DNA of 64,000 nt from Pristiophorus japonicus (taxonomy: Eukaryota), in the NCBI RefSeq assembly GCF_044704955.1, contig NC_091994.1, positions 101,060,001 through 101,124,000 on the forward strand, in the 5' to 3' direction. This document shows positions 35,891-49,000 of the stretch, piece after piece. The notes beneath the pieces are model-generated. The model was not told the origin of the DNA, made no database searches, and saw only the letters and a program-made list of their open reading frames with translations. Made by a program: the position numbers and the translations under genes. Position 1 is the first letter of the stretch. Each line of letters begins with the position of its first letter.

Positions 35891-38800
35891 GAACATAAGA
35901 AGATAAGAAACAGGAGCAGGAGTAGGCCATTTGTCCCCTCTAGCCTACTCTGCCATTGAATAAGATCAATGGCTGATCTGATCTTGGCCTCAACTCCACT
36001 TCACTGCCCACTTCCCAGAACCCTTCACTCACTTAGCATTCAAAAATCTGTCTACCTCCACCTTAAATATATTGAATGATCCAGCCTCCACAGCTCTTTG
36101 GGTACAGAATTCCAAAGATTCACGACCCACTGAGAGAAGAAATTCCTCCTCATCTCTGTTTTAAATGGGTGATCCCTTATTCCGAAACTATGCCCTGTAG
36201 TTCTAGATTCCCCCACGAAGGGAAACATCCTCTCTGCATCCACCCTGACAAGCCCACTCAGAATCTTATACGTTTCAATAAGATCACCTCTCATTCTTCT
36301 AAACTCCAATGAGTATAGGCCCAACCTTCTCCACCTTTATTCATCAGACAACCCCTTAGTCTCAGGAAGCAACCTTGTGAATCTTCTCTGAACTGCCTCC
36401 AAAGCAAGTGTATGTCCCTCCTTAAATAAAGAGACCAAAACTGTATGCAGTACTCCAGGTGTGGTCTCCCCAAAACCCTGTACAGTTGTAGCAGGACTTC
36501 CCTACTTTTATACTCCATCCACCTTGCCATAAAGGCCAACATTCCATTTGCCTTCCTAATTACTTGCTGTACCTGCATGCTAACATTTTGTGTTTCATGT
36601 ACAAGGACCCCCAGATCCCTCTGTACCACAGCATTTTGTAATCTCTCTCCATTTAAATAATAATTTGCTTTTTTATTTTTCCTACTAAAGTGGATAACCT
36701 CACATCTTCTCACATTATAGTCCATCTGCCAAATTTTTGCCCACTCACATAGCCTATCTATATCCCTTTGCAGATTCTTTGCGTCCTCCTCACAACTTGC
36801 TTTCCCACCTATCTTTGTAGCATCAGCAAATTTGGCTACATTACACTCGGTCCCAAGTCATTAATATAGATTGTAAATAGTTGAGGCCCCAGCATTGATC
36901 CCTGTGGCACCCCACCAGTTACAGTTTGCCAACCTGAAAATTACACATTTATCCGGACTCTCTGTTTTCTGTTAGAAACATAGAAACATAGAAATTTACA
37001 GCGCAGAAAGAGGCCATTCAGGCCCATCGTGTCTGCGCCGGCTGACAAAGAGCCACACAGCCCTTGGTCAGCAGCCCTAAAGGTTACACATAAACCTATG
37101 AACAATGACGGAAAGGCAAAGAGCACCCAGCCCAACCAATCCGCCTCATCACAACTGCAACACCCCTTATACTTAAACATTCTACACTCCACCCCAACTA
37201 GAGCCATGTGATCTCCTGGGAGAGGCAAAAACCAGATAAAAACCCAGGCCAATTTAGGGAGAAAAAATCTGAGAAAATTCCTCTCCGACCCACCCAGGCA
37301 ATCGAAACTAGTCCAGGAGATCATCCTGGCCGTACTCTATTCCCTGCAGTACTTACCATTATATCTGCTCCGTCCAACAAAAGGTCATCCAGTCTAATCC
37401 CAATTACCAGCTCTAGGTCCGTAACCCTGCAGGCTACTGCACTTTAAGTGCCCATCCAACCAGCTCTTAAAAGTGGTGAGGGTTTCTGCATCCATCACTC
37501 TTCCGAGCAGCGAGTTCCAGATCCCCACAACCTTCTGTCTAACGAAACCTCCCCTCAGATCCCCTCTAAACCTTCCACCAACCACCTTAAAACTATGTAT
37601 GCCCCCTTGTAATAGACCCCTCCACCAATGGAAATAGACCTTTATTATCCACTATGTCCAGGCCCCTCAATATTTTGTACACCTCAATGAGGTCTCCTCT
37701 CAACCTCCTCTGTTCCAATGAAAACAAACCCAGCCTATCCAATCTGTCCTCATGACTAAGATTCTCCATTCCAGGCAGCATCCTAGGAAATCTCCTCTGC
37801 ACCCTCTCTAGTGCAATCACGTCCTTCCTATAATACGGCGACCAGAACTGCACGCAATACTCCAGCTGTGGCCTAACCAAAGTATTATACAATTTAAGCA
37901 TAACCTCCCTGCTCTTATATTCTATGCCTTGGCCAATAAAGGCAAGCATTCCGTATGCCTTCTTAACCACCTTCTCCACCTGGCCTGCTACTTTCAGGGA
38001 TCTGTGGACAAGCACTCCAAGGTCCCTTTATTCATCTTCACTATTAAGTGGCCTACCGCTTAATGTGTATACCCTTTCCTTATTAGCCCTCCCACAGTGC
38101 ATCACTTCACACCTCTCTGAATTAAATTCCATTTGCCACTGCTCTGCCCACCTGGCCAGTAGATTGTTATCCTCCTGCAGCCCATGACTTCCCTCTTCAT
38201 TATTAACCACACAGCCAATTTTAGTGGCATCTGCAAACTTCTTAATTATACTCCCTATATTCAAATCTAAATCATTGATAAATACCACAGAAAGCAAGGG
38301 TCTCAGTACTGAGCCCTGCGGAACCCCACTGGAAACATCCTTCCAGTCACAAAAACATCCATCAATCATTACCCTTTGCTTCCTACCTCCAAGCCAATTT
38401 TGGATCCAACTTGACACTTTGCTCTGTATCCCATGGGCTTTAACTTTCATGACCAGTCTATTATGTGGGACCTTATCAAAAGTTTTGCTAAAGTCCATAT
38501 ATACTACATCGTACACACTACCCTCATCGACCCTCTTGGTTACCTCCTCAAAAGATTCAATCAGGTTAGTCAGACACGATCTTCCCTTAACAAATCCGTG
38601 CTCACTGTCCCTAATTAATCCTTGCCTTTCCAAATGCAGATTTATCCTATATCCATGCTAATATATTACCACAAACCATGTGAGCTCTTATCTTGTGCAG
38701 TAACCTTTTATGTAGCACCTTATCGAATGCCTTCTGGAAATCCAAATACATGACACCTAGTGGTTCCCCTTTATCCACTCTGCCCGTTACATCCTCAAAG

Positions 38801-39510
38801 AACTCCAGCAAATTTGTCAAACATGATTTCCCTTTCATAAAACCATGCTGACTCTGCTTGACTGTATTATGATTTTCTAAATGTCCTGCTACTACTTCCT
38901 TAATAATGGATTCCAGCATTTTCCCAAAGACAGATGTTAGATCAACTGGTCTGTAGTTTCCTGCTTTCCGTCTCTCTCCTTTCTTAAATAGGGGTGTTAC
39001 ATTTGCGGTTTTCCAATCCGCTGGGACCTCTCCAGAATCCAGGGAATTTTGGTAGATTACAACCAAAGCATCCACTATCTCTGCAGTCACTTCTTTTAAG
39101 GATGCAGGCCATCAGCTCCATGGGACTTGTCTACCTTTAGTCCCATTTGTTTGCCTAGTACTTTTTCTCCAGTGAGAGTGATGGTTTTAAGTTCCCCCCT
39201 CTCAATAGCCCCTTGATTATCAATTATTGGGATGCTTTTAGTGTTATCTACTGTGAAGACTGATACAAAATATTTGTTCAAAGTCTCTGCCATTTCCCTG
39301 TTTCCCATCATTAATTGCCCAGTCTCATCCTCTAAGGGACCACGTTTACTTTAGCTACTCTCTTCCTTTTTATATACCTGTAGAAGCTCTTACAGTCTGT
39401 TTTTATATTTCTTGCTAGTTTACTCTCATAAACTATCTTCTCTCTCTTTATTATTTTTTTAGTTGTCCTTTGCTGGTTTCTAAAAATTTCTCAAACCTCT
39501 GGCCTTCCAC
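35891..39510 (-). mobile_element. CR1 LINE (host copy) split by a second CR1
   Basis: ADWKTANVTPLFKKG, NYRPV, QHGFMKGKSCLTNL, LDFQKAFDKV...NILAWI | NRKQRVRIN. Reading resumes across 36973-38644. Confidence 0.93.
36973..38644 (-). mobile_element. CR1 LINE of a different subfamily, nested in the host CR1
   Basis: Own (TTTCTATG)n tail, long 3' UTR, RT motifs HGFVKGRSCLTNL, GVPQGSVL and KFAD. Confidence 0.92.
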
Positions 39511-39514
39511 TATT

Positions 39515-39670
39515 TATCACATTGTGAGGCCTTGCTGTGCGCAAAATGTACCGCATTTCCTACAGTGCAACGGTGAATAAACTTCACAAGTACTTCATTG
39601 GTTGTAAAGCATTTTGGAACATCCTGAGGCCATGAAAGGTGCTATATAAATCCAAGTTCTTTCTTTCTTA
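39515..39670 (+). mobile_element. Deu-domain SINE 3' fragment
   Basis: CTTGCTGTGCGCAAAATG...GCTATATAAATCCAAGTTCTTTCTTTC. Confidence 0.75.
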
Positions 39671-40419
39671 GTTTTATGAATCAGCACCATCCGGAAAGGA
39701 AGGGTTACAACTGGCATAAAAGTTGCTTTGTTTGATTATTAGTTATCTTGGTTTTGCCTGGTCTTTTTTTTACTATACATATTGTCCAGGGAAAATCTGG
39801 CAGTGTAGACTGTCTTTAAGCAAAGAGATTTTGTAATGTCTGGATCTGCTAATCTTGGGGCCAGGAGGGAACAATCCCCCACCCATCCCCTCCTCTCCCC
39901 TTGTGCTGCTGACCTCACAGACACCGTAGGCCTCAAAGCTCAGACTGAAATCTTTGTTTATTACCAATTTATCGGTACAGAGCTAGCAACTTTATTGAGC
40001 CTTCCCTTTTCATTGTCCTCCACTACCCTGCGGGCCTCAGGTAACTTAAATGAAAAGCTCAAGCCCTTCAGAACAGCAAACAAAAAAAAGGAATTTCCTC
40101 CCAATTTACCTAAAGAAAGAGGACTCCCAGTCTTTTCATTTGCTCTGAATAGCTTACCTAATTCGGCCTGAATTGTGCACAAGCCTAGCATTTCCCGTCC
40201 CTACTTCAGACCATTCAGGGGCTTCTGACTTCAGCTAATTCACCAACAATTTAGCCAATGCTTCCAGCTCCCATTTCTTTACCTCATTGTCCTGAGAACA
40301 TTCACAGAGCTGAGTGCCCTCTCCTCTCCACTTCACCAACTAATAAACCTGCTGCTGGCCTGGGATGGCTCTCACTCTCCATCCATTTTGTCAATCTTCC
40401 TTGATTTATCTTCTTTTCT

Positions 40420-40990
40420 TTTTTCAAATGTCCTTTTATCCTCATCTCCTGAGGACACGTGAGTCTTGCTGGGTACGGTTCTGCAGGGAAATGGCAAGCC
40501 TAGTAGAAGTGGTCATTCTTCATATCTGACAGAGAAGGTCGGCAAGTTACACTGGCTTGCAGCCAGATCCTGTACTCACCAACGCCCAGAGATAGAAGCA
40601 CATCCTGGCAAGAGTCACTGGATAGTGGTCAGGAATGAGAAGCAATTCATGTACCAACAGATGTAGAGGCCAATTGAAGCCCTCTAACTTACTATCCTAG
40701 CTGGACTAAGCTAATTCAGCACATCCCTGGTCTGTGCTGAGTTAGGTTATCTTGGCTTATCACAATTGGTTGAAGTGTCCCCTGGGTAGACAAGGGAATA
40801 ATTGGCCAATGTTCCTGCTCCTGATTGTTATTAAATGCATATGTGTGGATGTCGGGTGAGGACAGAATCAGGCTCAGCAGTGTTGCCATTCATGGTGGAA
40901 TAGTTGACTGATACTTGCTGTTTGTCTTCACAAATGACGAATGGCCACTTGGGTGAGGTACTAGAGGACTCCAGCATCCACGGAGCTGTG
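40420..40990. mobile_element. Two family X SINE-like copies in inverted arrangement
   Basis: Minus copy about 40420-40722 and plus copy about 40723-40990, meeting at CTAATTCAGCACA-TCCCTGGTC-TGTGCTGAGTTAG. Confidence 0.55.
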
Positions 40991-41374
40991 AAACCAAAGA
41001 CTTTGGTAGAAGAGGGGCGAAAATTGGTGCGTAAATGTGGCAGCGCCTTCATTTCATTGGAAAGTTTCTGGATTTTTTGATCGTCTCAGACTCAGGAGTG
41101 CAAATTGGCTCATAGGTCCTTGAATGTGCAGGGAAAAAGCTATAGGGCAGTCAAGACACGTAAGTCTCAGGCTGTGGGAGCAGTCTATACCTAATGAATG
41201 TTCTTTGAGGCGGAAAATAGATGAGATAGTTCTGAGTCAAATTTGACGTGTATGGTCATTCCCAATGCTGGTTTTTGATTGGCCAAGAGGCGTTGTGATT
41301 TCCGCACCCTGACTTGACCATGTGACTCTTGGTACTTGGACGTAACCTCCTTATATCATTTGTAATTGACTGCA

Positions 41375-42390
41375 AAAAGACTTAAGTTTATATAGCGCCT
41401 TTCACAACTTCAGGATATCCCAAATCCTTTTACAGCTAATAAAGTACTTTAGAAGTATAGGGGCCGATTTTCATCAGCCCACCACCTGCTGCTGCCGACT
41501 GCTGCCCACTCCCGCCGACATTCCTCGCGAAGATCCGCCCAGTGCCACTTTCGAGGCAGAAGGGGAGAGCCGCCGGGAGCCGCCCGTTGATGTCAGCGGA
41601 CGGCCGAGTGGCACAACTGACCTCTCGCCTGCCGAGCTCCCAGATTCCTGCGGGTGGGAGTCAGCGGCAGGACGGGGGTAGACCACTGACTGAAGGCTGG
41701 TCTGTCCCTGACAGTAAGTCTGAAGAACCTGAAGAAAAGGTAAGTGAACATTTAAAAAAAACATTTTAAACAGCGACTTACCTGCATGGGATCCCCTGAA
41801 GGTCTTCGGATAGCTTTTGTATTTTTTATTGGTGATTTTTTATTTCAGGTCTTCGACCCTCCGTGGGCCCGACTCCATCCACGGCGGCACTTGGGCGGCA
41901 AGCGCCTCCGCCGCTGAGAATGAGACCTCCCGCCCGCTGCCGCCCAGACTGGTGGTGTACGTCATCCATTTGCTGCCCGCCGACCTTCAAGGGACCTTGG
42001 CCATGAATATCCCACCTAAAGTACCCATCTGGTACCTTGGCGGCCATCAGCGGCACTCTGGCTGGCACTTGGGCGGGTGGAGGCCTTGATGAAAATCGGC
42101 CCCATAGTCACTATTGTAATGTGGGAAACTTGGCAGCCAATTTGCGCACAGCAAGCTCCCACAAACAGCAATGTGATAATGACCAAATCATCTGTTTTGG
42201 GATGTTGGTTGAGGGATAAATATTTGCCAGGTCAACAGAGAGAAGTCCCCTGGTCTTCCTTGAAATAGTGCCATGGGATCTTTTAAGCAAACCTGAGAGA
42301 GCAGACGGGCCCTCGGTTTAACGTCTCATCTGAAGTATGGCACCTCCGACAGTGCAGCACGCTCTCAGTTTTGGTACTGGTGTATCAGTC
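41375..42390 (-). mobile_element. Deu-domain SINE interrupted by MITE 41460-42103
   Basis: GAAGT-ATA-[MITE]-ATA-GTCACTATTGTAATG restores the SINE sequence. Confidence 0.85.
41460..42103 (+). mobile_element. 644-bp Harbinger-type MITE
   Basis: Perfect 17-bp TIRs GGGGCCGATTTTCATCA / TGATGAAAATCGGCCCC, 3-bp TSD ATA. Confidence 0.92.
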
Positions 42391-43199
42391 GAGTCCACAA
42401 AACAGATGATGCTACTCTGCATAGTGCAGTAGTAACACACTGGCTGGGACTATCAGATCGCAAGCAACAGCTTCTGAAGGTAGACACTTAAGATCAATTG
42501 AAGTATAGTGAATAAGAAGTAATAGGATATTAGGATATATTAAGTTAGGCAAGGAGTCAAAGCTTGTAGGTCCGAATCACCAAAATAAGGAAACATAGTA
42601 AACAAGTATACTATGAAGATGCACAGCCCATGTACAATAATTAAGTCATGAAGAGTAAGTGACTTTAAGTCGGTAAGCTGCCACCACACTTTATATCTGT
42701 GAAGTAAAACTTCATTCAGTACCTTCACTTTTTACCAATTCCCCTTCTGCGCAGGTTCACTCCAAAATCGTCAGAGCGGTCCCCAACAACTGGAGGGAGG
42801 AGGATGGTGGAGAATGCGGTCAAATCTGGCCTGCTGCAATGGAATGTTGCAATGTATTCAATAATCAGTGGTCAGTTCCACTCTGCCCCAAAAGCTAAAT
42901 TGGTTAATGCCCTGCCTAATATGGCATGGAGCCAGCCATTTGCAGTTTGTACGAATAGGTTGATCTGAACCACAGCCAATTACTCTGGAACCATACATCA
43001 CAAGTCAAAAGGGTAGGCAGGGTGTGGTGCTTAATCTAAATCTGACACCATAACTTCATATAGGCCTGCACAAGCCTGGGAGTCAATTTTGACGTTCATC
43101 AGCCCAGAGTTGGCACAAGCTGCTAGGAATGGATATCCTATATTGCTGACCAGTAGTTGCTAGATTGTGGTTGACTGATGAGTGCAAGATTTTTCCAGC

Positions 43200-43505
43200 C
43201 TAAAATTGTGCTTAAACATTCGGTTCTTTCAACCATGATCAATGTCTCCTCCTCTCTCTCTGCTCCACAATCGCTCGCATTGCGATCAACCACCAAACTC
43301 TAACGCTTTGGAATTTTCTCCCTAAAAATCTTCACCTTCCTATCTCTTTCCCCATCTTCAAAATACCCCTCATAACTCACCTCCATGCTTTCTGTTACCG
43401 TCGCTAACATTCCCTCCTTCTTCTTGCTCGGTATCCACTGCTGCTCCTGTAAAGCGCCTCGCAAAGCTTTGATGCGTGAAAGGCATTGTATAAATGCAAG
43501 CTCCT
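43200..43505 (+). mobile_element. Old L2 3' fragment
   Basis: Pyrimidine-rich 3' part ending in TGTAAAGCGCCT...TATAAATGCAAG. Confidence 0.55.
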
Positions 43506-43534
43506 TGTATCCTTTCTGGCAATGGATGCTCATT

Positions 43535-43680
43535 TAGTTGGATATGAAGGGAATCAAGGGATATAGGGACAGTGCAGGAAAGTGGAGTTGAGGTAGAAGA
43601 TCAGCCATGATCTTATTGAATGGCGGAGCAGGCTCGAGGGGCCAAATGGCTTAATCCTGTTCCTAATTCTTATGTTCTTA
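43535..43680 (+). mobile_element. CR1 3' tail
   Basis: GATCAGCCATGATCTTATTGAATGGCGGAGCAGGCTCGAGGGGCC...TTCTTATGTTCTTA. Confidence 0.85.
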
Positions 43681-44084
43681 TTTTAAAAACTGCTCTCTTA
43701 GAACTGAGCGATCATTTCAGCCCCGAGCTTGTCTGCATCTCGTCAACTCGCATCATCATTAAAAACATTTTTGAAGGTTTCTGTTACACATGGTTTTTAA
43801 ATGCAGCTGATTCCTATCAGCTCCCTCATGCTGCCCTTGCCATCCGGTTCCTTGTAGCAGTCAGTATCTGTTTGCAGTAATGATACCACCTGGCATCCAG
43901 CAAGGCCCAGGGGCTGCAGTGGGGAATATGCCAACTGGCGAGTTTAACCAATGAGTTAATTAATATCCAACAACCCTCATTGACGGTCAAAATACATGGC
44001 CTATAGCTGCACAGAAAACTAGGTGTACAAACTCAATGGATATATATATATATATATATTCCAATGTTATCCTTCCTCTCTTGC

Positions 44085-44420
44085 CTTGTTTTCGGATGCG
44101 ACGTTAAACTGAGGCCCCATCTGCTCTCTCAAGTGGACGTAAAAGATTCCTTGGCACTATTTCGAAGGAGAGCAGGGGAGTTATCCCCGGCGTCTTGGCC
44201 AATATTTATCCCTCAATTAACATGACAAAAACAGAGATTATCTGGTCATTATCACATTGCTGTTTGTGGGAGCTTGACTGTGCACAAACTGGTTGCCGCG
44301 TTTCCTACATTGCAACAGTGACTACACTTCAAATGTACTTCATTGGCTGTAAAGTGCTTTGAGACGTCCGGTGGTCACGAAAGGTGCTATATAAATCCAA
44401 GTCTTTCTTTTTTCTTTCTT
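44085..44420 (+). mobile_element. Deu-domain SINE lacking its head
   Basis: TTCGGATGCGACGTTAAACTGAGGCCCC Deu core through to the tail. Confidence 0.85.
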
Positions 44421-45844
44421 TGTGCTGTGGTACAGTTGCACTGACCGTCAGTACCTCACCGGTGTGGCCATTCAGCATATGAGCCGAGGCGGTCAATGCT
44501 GACGGGCTATCTGACTGTGAGGACGCATCACAGTGAAGACCCAATCTGTCCTCACCCCAATATTCACATGGAAACACTTTCCATCAGAAGCCATTGGATT
44601 GTGGGGGGAGGAAAGAGAGACACAACTAGGAGGGAAACAAAATCAAATTCAGAGAAAGACATTTCAATCGACCGGGTAATGATTTAAAACAATGGGATAA
44701 TCATTTGAAAAGGGATCTGATCTTATTAAGCTGTGCAGAGACCCTAGTGGAGCAAATACTGACCACCATACAAAGAGTTAAGCTCGCCTCTGCCTCTCTC
44801 ACTCTGCTTCCCAAGACTCCATTAGTGAGCGAAGGTTAATAGTGGTCCGTCAAGTTTAAAGAAGGCAGCTTCAGACCAGGATAATAATAGGCAGAATGGT
44901 TTCCAGTTTATTTCTCTTAAAAAAAAATCGTCTGAGAGCAAAAAGTCAGACATTGCTAAGGCCTGTCGGATGCCCTCCTGGATAGTATGGATTATCTCTC
45001 TGCCTCCTATTCTTGTGAAAGCCAAATAACTAGGTGTCTGTAGTGAGAGAGACTAGCCAAGCTTCTTAATCCTCCCTTCATTCATGCTCTTAATAATGTT
45101 CTTTCACGACCTCTCTGGGAATCGGGGCCAAAATGAAGGCTGATAAATTAGTTTGGAGTGAACAAGTGAAGACTAGTTGTAAAGGTCACTCAAACGTTGT
45201 TCCTGATGAGGATTTATCTCAACTGCAGCTGTGGTACACAAAGCCCTGAGCCTAAACAGTAGAAATCCGATCCTTGCTCACTAAATTACTGCACAGATAA
45301 GGCATAATAGATTTTACTCAGATCCCAACTGATGGTGTAAATGGAAGGGAGACAACATTCATTTCAGCCAAAATGTGATTTCTTTTTTTGTTAAACAGAC
45401 GCGAGGGATAAAAGTAACAAGAAGATAACACAGGGAGGTGGAGAAGCGACCATTTTATTCTCGGTTAAAATGATTGTTTCAAAAAAAATTATCGCTACAG
45501 AATCCTGTAGGACATAATTTGTCTGGTTATGTCTGCTTTGTCCAAGTCAGAAGAAAATGCTAACAGATCTCACTTGGGGAGGAGCGGGGCTGGGTATGGG
45601 GGCGGGGGGAAGCGGGGGGGGGGGGGGGGGATTGAGGGTAGTCTAATGGGCTTCAGTTTTTCAAGATTCCCACTCAACAACAACTTGCATTTATACAGCA
45701 TCTCCAGTGTAAAAAACAGTACCAAGGTGAAGTCTTGCTTCACTGATAGGCATAAGGGAACAGAGACTGAGCCAGAAAGGGAGTGATTAGGAGGGATGAT
45801 GGAAAGCTTCATCGAAGAGTTGGGCTTTAAGAAGATTTAACCTT

Positions 45845-46050
45845 TCTTCAAAACTACGTGTGCATGCCTATGTATGCATGTTTTAAAAAATGTATTCATT
45901 CATGGGATGTGGGCATCGCTGACAAGGCCAGCATTTATTTCCCATTCCTAATTGCTCTTGCGTGTTGGTGAGGCGCTTTCTTGTGTGTGCATATCTGTGC
46001 GCCTGCGTGTGCATGTGTATGTATGCATGTGTGTGCACGTGTGAGTTTGT
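45845..46050. repeat. Degenerate (GT)/(GCAT) microsatellite containing a retroposon 3' tail (45885-45960, minus)
   Basis: TG-rich alternation. The inserted tail TTCATGGGATGTGGGCATCGCTGACAAGGCCAGCATTTATT is the reverse complement of the tail at 60720-60785. Confidence 0.7.
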
Positions 46051-49000
46051 ATGGATTTTGCGTCGCGACAGGATTGGGTTCACCTGCAATGCCCTTAACA
46101 GTTAAGCAGCCAGCTGATGCTCACTGTTTTGGCTCATACATGAAGAATGATTGATTGATGTACGGGTGGGCAAATGGTGATCATGGAATGATACCCCGGC
46201 GGAGTGAGTAAATTCAGGAGAGGTAAGGTGTAGGAAAATGGAGAAAACTGACAAATGGAAAGTAAACACTGAATTGCCTCCCTCTGCATTCTACACAGGG
46301 CAGAACTACTCATTTAATTATCCCCCCCCCCAAGTTATCTCCAAATAAATTGTATAATATTTTTGTGTTCCAGTTCTTCACGCACCTGCTCTGCGCTGAG
46401 TTCCCAGAAATTTCTTCTTTTCCTTCTAATTTTAATAAGGCTTTGCTGGGAAGTGGTGAAAGCAAGACTTGTTCATTGCACACTGGGTTGTGCGAAAGCA
46501 GCTATTCTCTGTATGGAAGATGTTTAGTTTAGTTTAGTTTTATTTAGTGACAGGTCCCATTTGAGTATTTGTAGCTTTAGCTCCTGGTTTGCATATTTAA
46601 CACCTACAGATAACAGCTTAACCTAAAAAAAAACTGATTAAATTAACCAGGTTTCATTGTGCACGCATTGCATGAAAACCACACAACAGGGAGGTGCCTG
46701 GTTCCATCCAAGGTCCATGTTGAAATGAAAGCAGAAAATGCTGAAAGTGCTCAGCAGGCCCAGTAGGCCTGGCATATGTCCAATGCCTGGCAGTCTAGTG
46801 GGGGTTGGGGGAGATGGGGGGGTGTATATACCTGATGCCAGGCAGTCTAGGAAGTGTCCTTCCTCAAAGCTGGAGGAGTGTCATGGCTGGAGAAGTCTAT
46901 AGTCCAGATCATTCTGATTTCACAGTTTGAGAAGCCTGTGCCCTGTGCTTTCATAACCCTCAGTCCATCGGTATTTTTATACTTAAGTGAAATCTGTGAC
47001 TCTTGCAGGGATGGTAGAACATGATACAAGATATTTTTATGAAACTCTAGGTGAGCTGAGGAAAAATAGCCCTTACTTTACTGCAATGCTAGTAATTAAT
47101 GTATAAAATTGAGAGGCTCCACAACTATTTGGGTATATCTTGACATTCACAAAGGATCAATATTTAATCCCCCATAGTCAGATGGGGTCGAGTACTGTTT
47201 GTCAGAGTCAAAGGTCAAAGTGACAGGAAGCAGAAAAAGAAGAAGAAAAAATGACTGAGGCAACTGAGGCCTTCATTCAGCCAACTTCAAACTTGAGAAA
47301 AATTTTTCCATGGACATTTTCAGAACCTTTGTTAAAATAATGCAGACAAAGACTTTATCCATTTTAAAACGATCTGAGGCAATGATTGTTTTGACAACTA
47401 TCACACGGTATGGAGCTGAATCACAGTGACCAAGATAGTGTCAGGTCTGATCCCCAGTTGTCAATTTTTATAATTTATAAATAATTTTAGAGTTTTAATC
47501 AAGTTCTATCTTAGTTTGTAATCCCTTCCCTCCTCTCGTGAAGGCATTGATTTGTCATAGACCTAGGTACTGTCATTGCTGTGTTAGCTGACCTCTGTCA
47601 GGGCTGTGATAGAAGGACTATGATTACCTTCAGTGACCCTGGGCTAAACAGAGGGAAAAAAATCAGCTAGGGTTCCTGCTTCTGATCGCCATTTAGTGAC
47701 CCCTGCTGTAACGTCAGGTGAGAATTGGCTTGACTGTGATGCCATCCATGGTTGAATATCCGAAACTCATGTGAGCCTGCATCTTCTGGTCAGCATTATT
47801 TTAACGCCAGCAGTAACCCATGGGAAATATAACAGTTTACTGTTGGCATTAAATGAACATTCATCAGAAAATCTAGGCTTCAAGGCCTCAGCGCCCAGGC
47901 TCGCACGTGGAAGGTGAGATACCAGAGGGAAGCTGACACCCGTGCGATTGTATCCCATCATGAATCAGCTCCGTCAGACGAGTTGGGAAGAAAAGAAAAT
48001 TCAAAACCACTTCACGTCTGCTCAAAATATAGCAGTGAAAGTGTTAAGAGTGGCCTGTGCGATTATGTTTTGGGCTTGGAAAGTCACACTCATTTTTCTT
48101 TCCCAGTGACTTAAAACAAAAACATGATTATGACTGAGAAGTTTACGTTTCATTTATGCAATTTAAAAGTAGAAAGCCCAGCCGTCGGGTTTAACAGATT
48201 GTTCCTCGTCTCCTATAATCAGTCCTTGTTCAAGCTGTAATGGTGAAATCAGCCAAACTTGTTGAAAACAATTCAGTTCATGCATGTCTTCCAAAAAAAT
48301 GTATAAGAAAACATAAGAGATGTTTCCTCTTCCCTTTCAAATCAGGCTGTTCCAATTCAGGAAAGGCAGTCATTCCCACATCAGTCAACAGTTTTTCCCC
48401 TTCTGGGATGGGAGCAATGAATCAGAGGTTTTCTCTGGTATATGGGTGAAGGAGCAGGCCGAGTCAGAGTGCTCTGTATAATGGAACTGCTAAAATAAAA
48501 ATGTAATCATTCTGAGTCAAGATGAGGTGCCTTTCCTTCCCAATTTTCACCCGTCTTTTCCTGAAATCTCTGACTCCTGCTGGCTATCTACACGCCTCTC
48601 CCCTTGGCTCTCTTTGAAAAACCCAGATTTACAAACAAGTTTTCAGTCACCTCTCCTACCTCTTCACATCCTGGCCTGGTGCCAGCTCCTTTATCTTTTT
48701 CTCTATTTTTGTTCCTCTCTGTCCCAGGTGTGTGAAGTGTCTTGGGTCAGTTTTCTATTTTAAAAATGCCAGTTATGCCAGAAATGTAACAGGTGTTGTT
48801 GCAATGGTATGGCCCATGGTGAGTTAGCTGATCTCTGCTAGTATTGGCATATTCTTTAATTGGCCTTAGGATTCTTGGGTTGAATGGAGTAAATCATCCA
48901 GGGTTCCCATTCTGGATTGATATCTGATGAAACCCTCCCGCCACCCCACTTTAGTGGAAAATTCACACACGTGGACATCGGGTGAGAACAAGTCAGGTTT

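Noticed and set aside
45590-45640. G-run / G-quadruplex candidates (also near 1110, 6290, 7480 and 49120)
   Set aside because: Poly-G tracts are common throughout the window and nothing indicates function.
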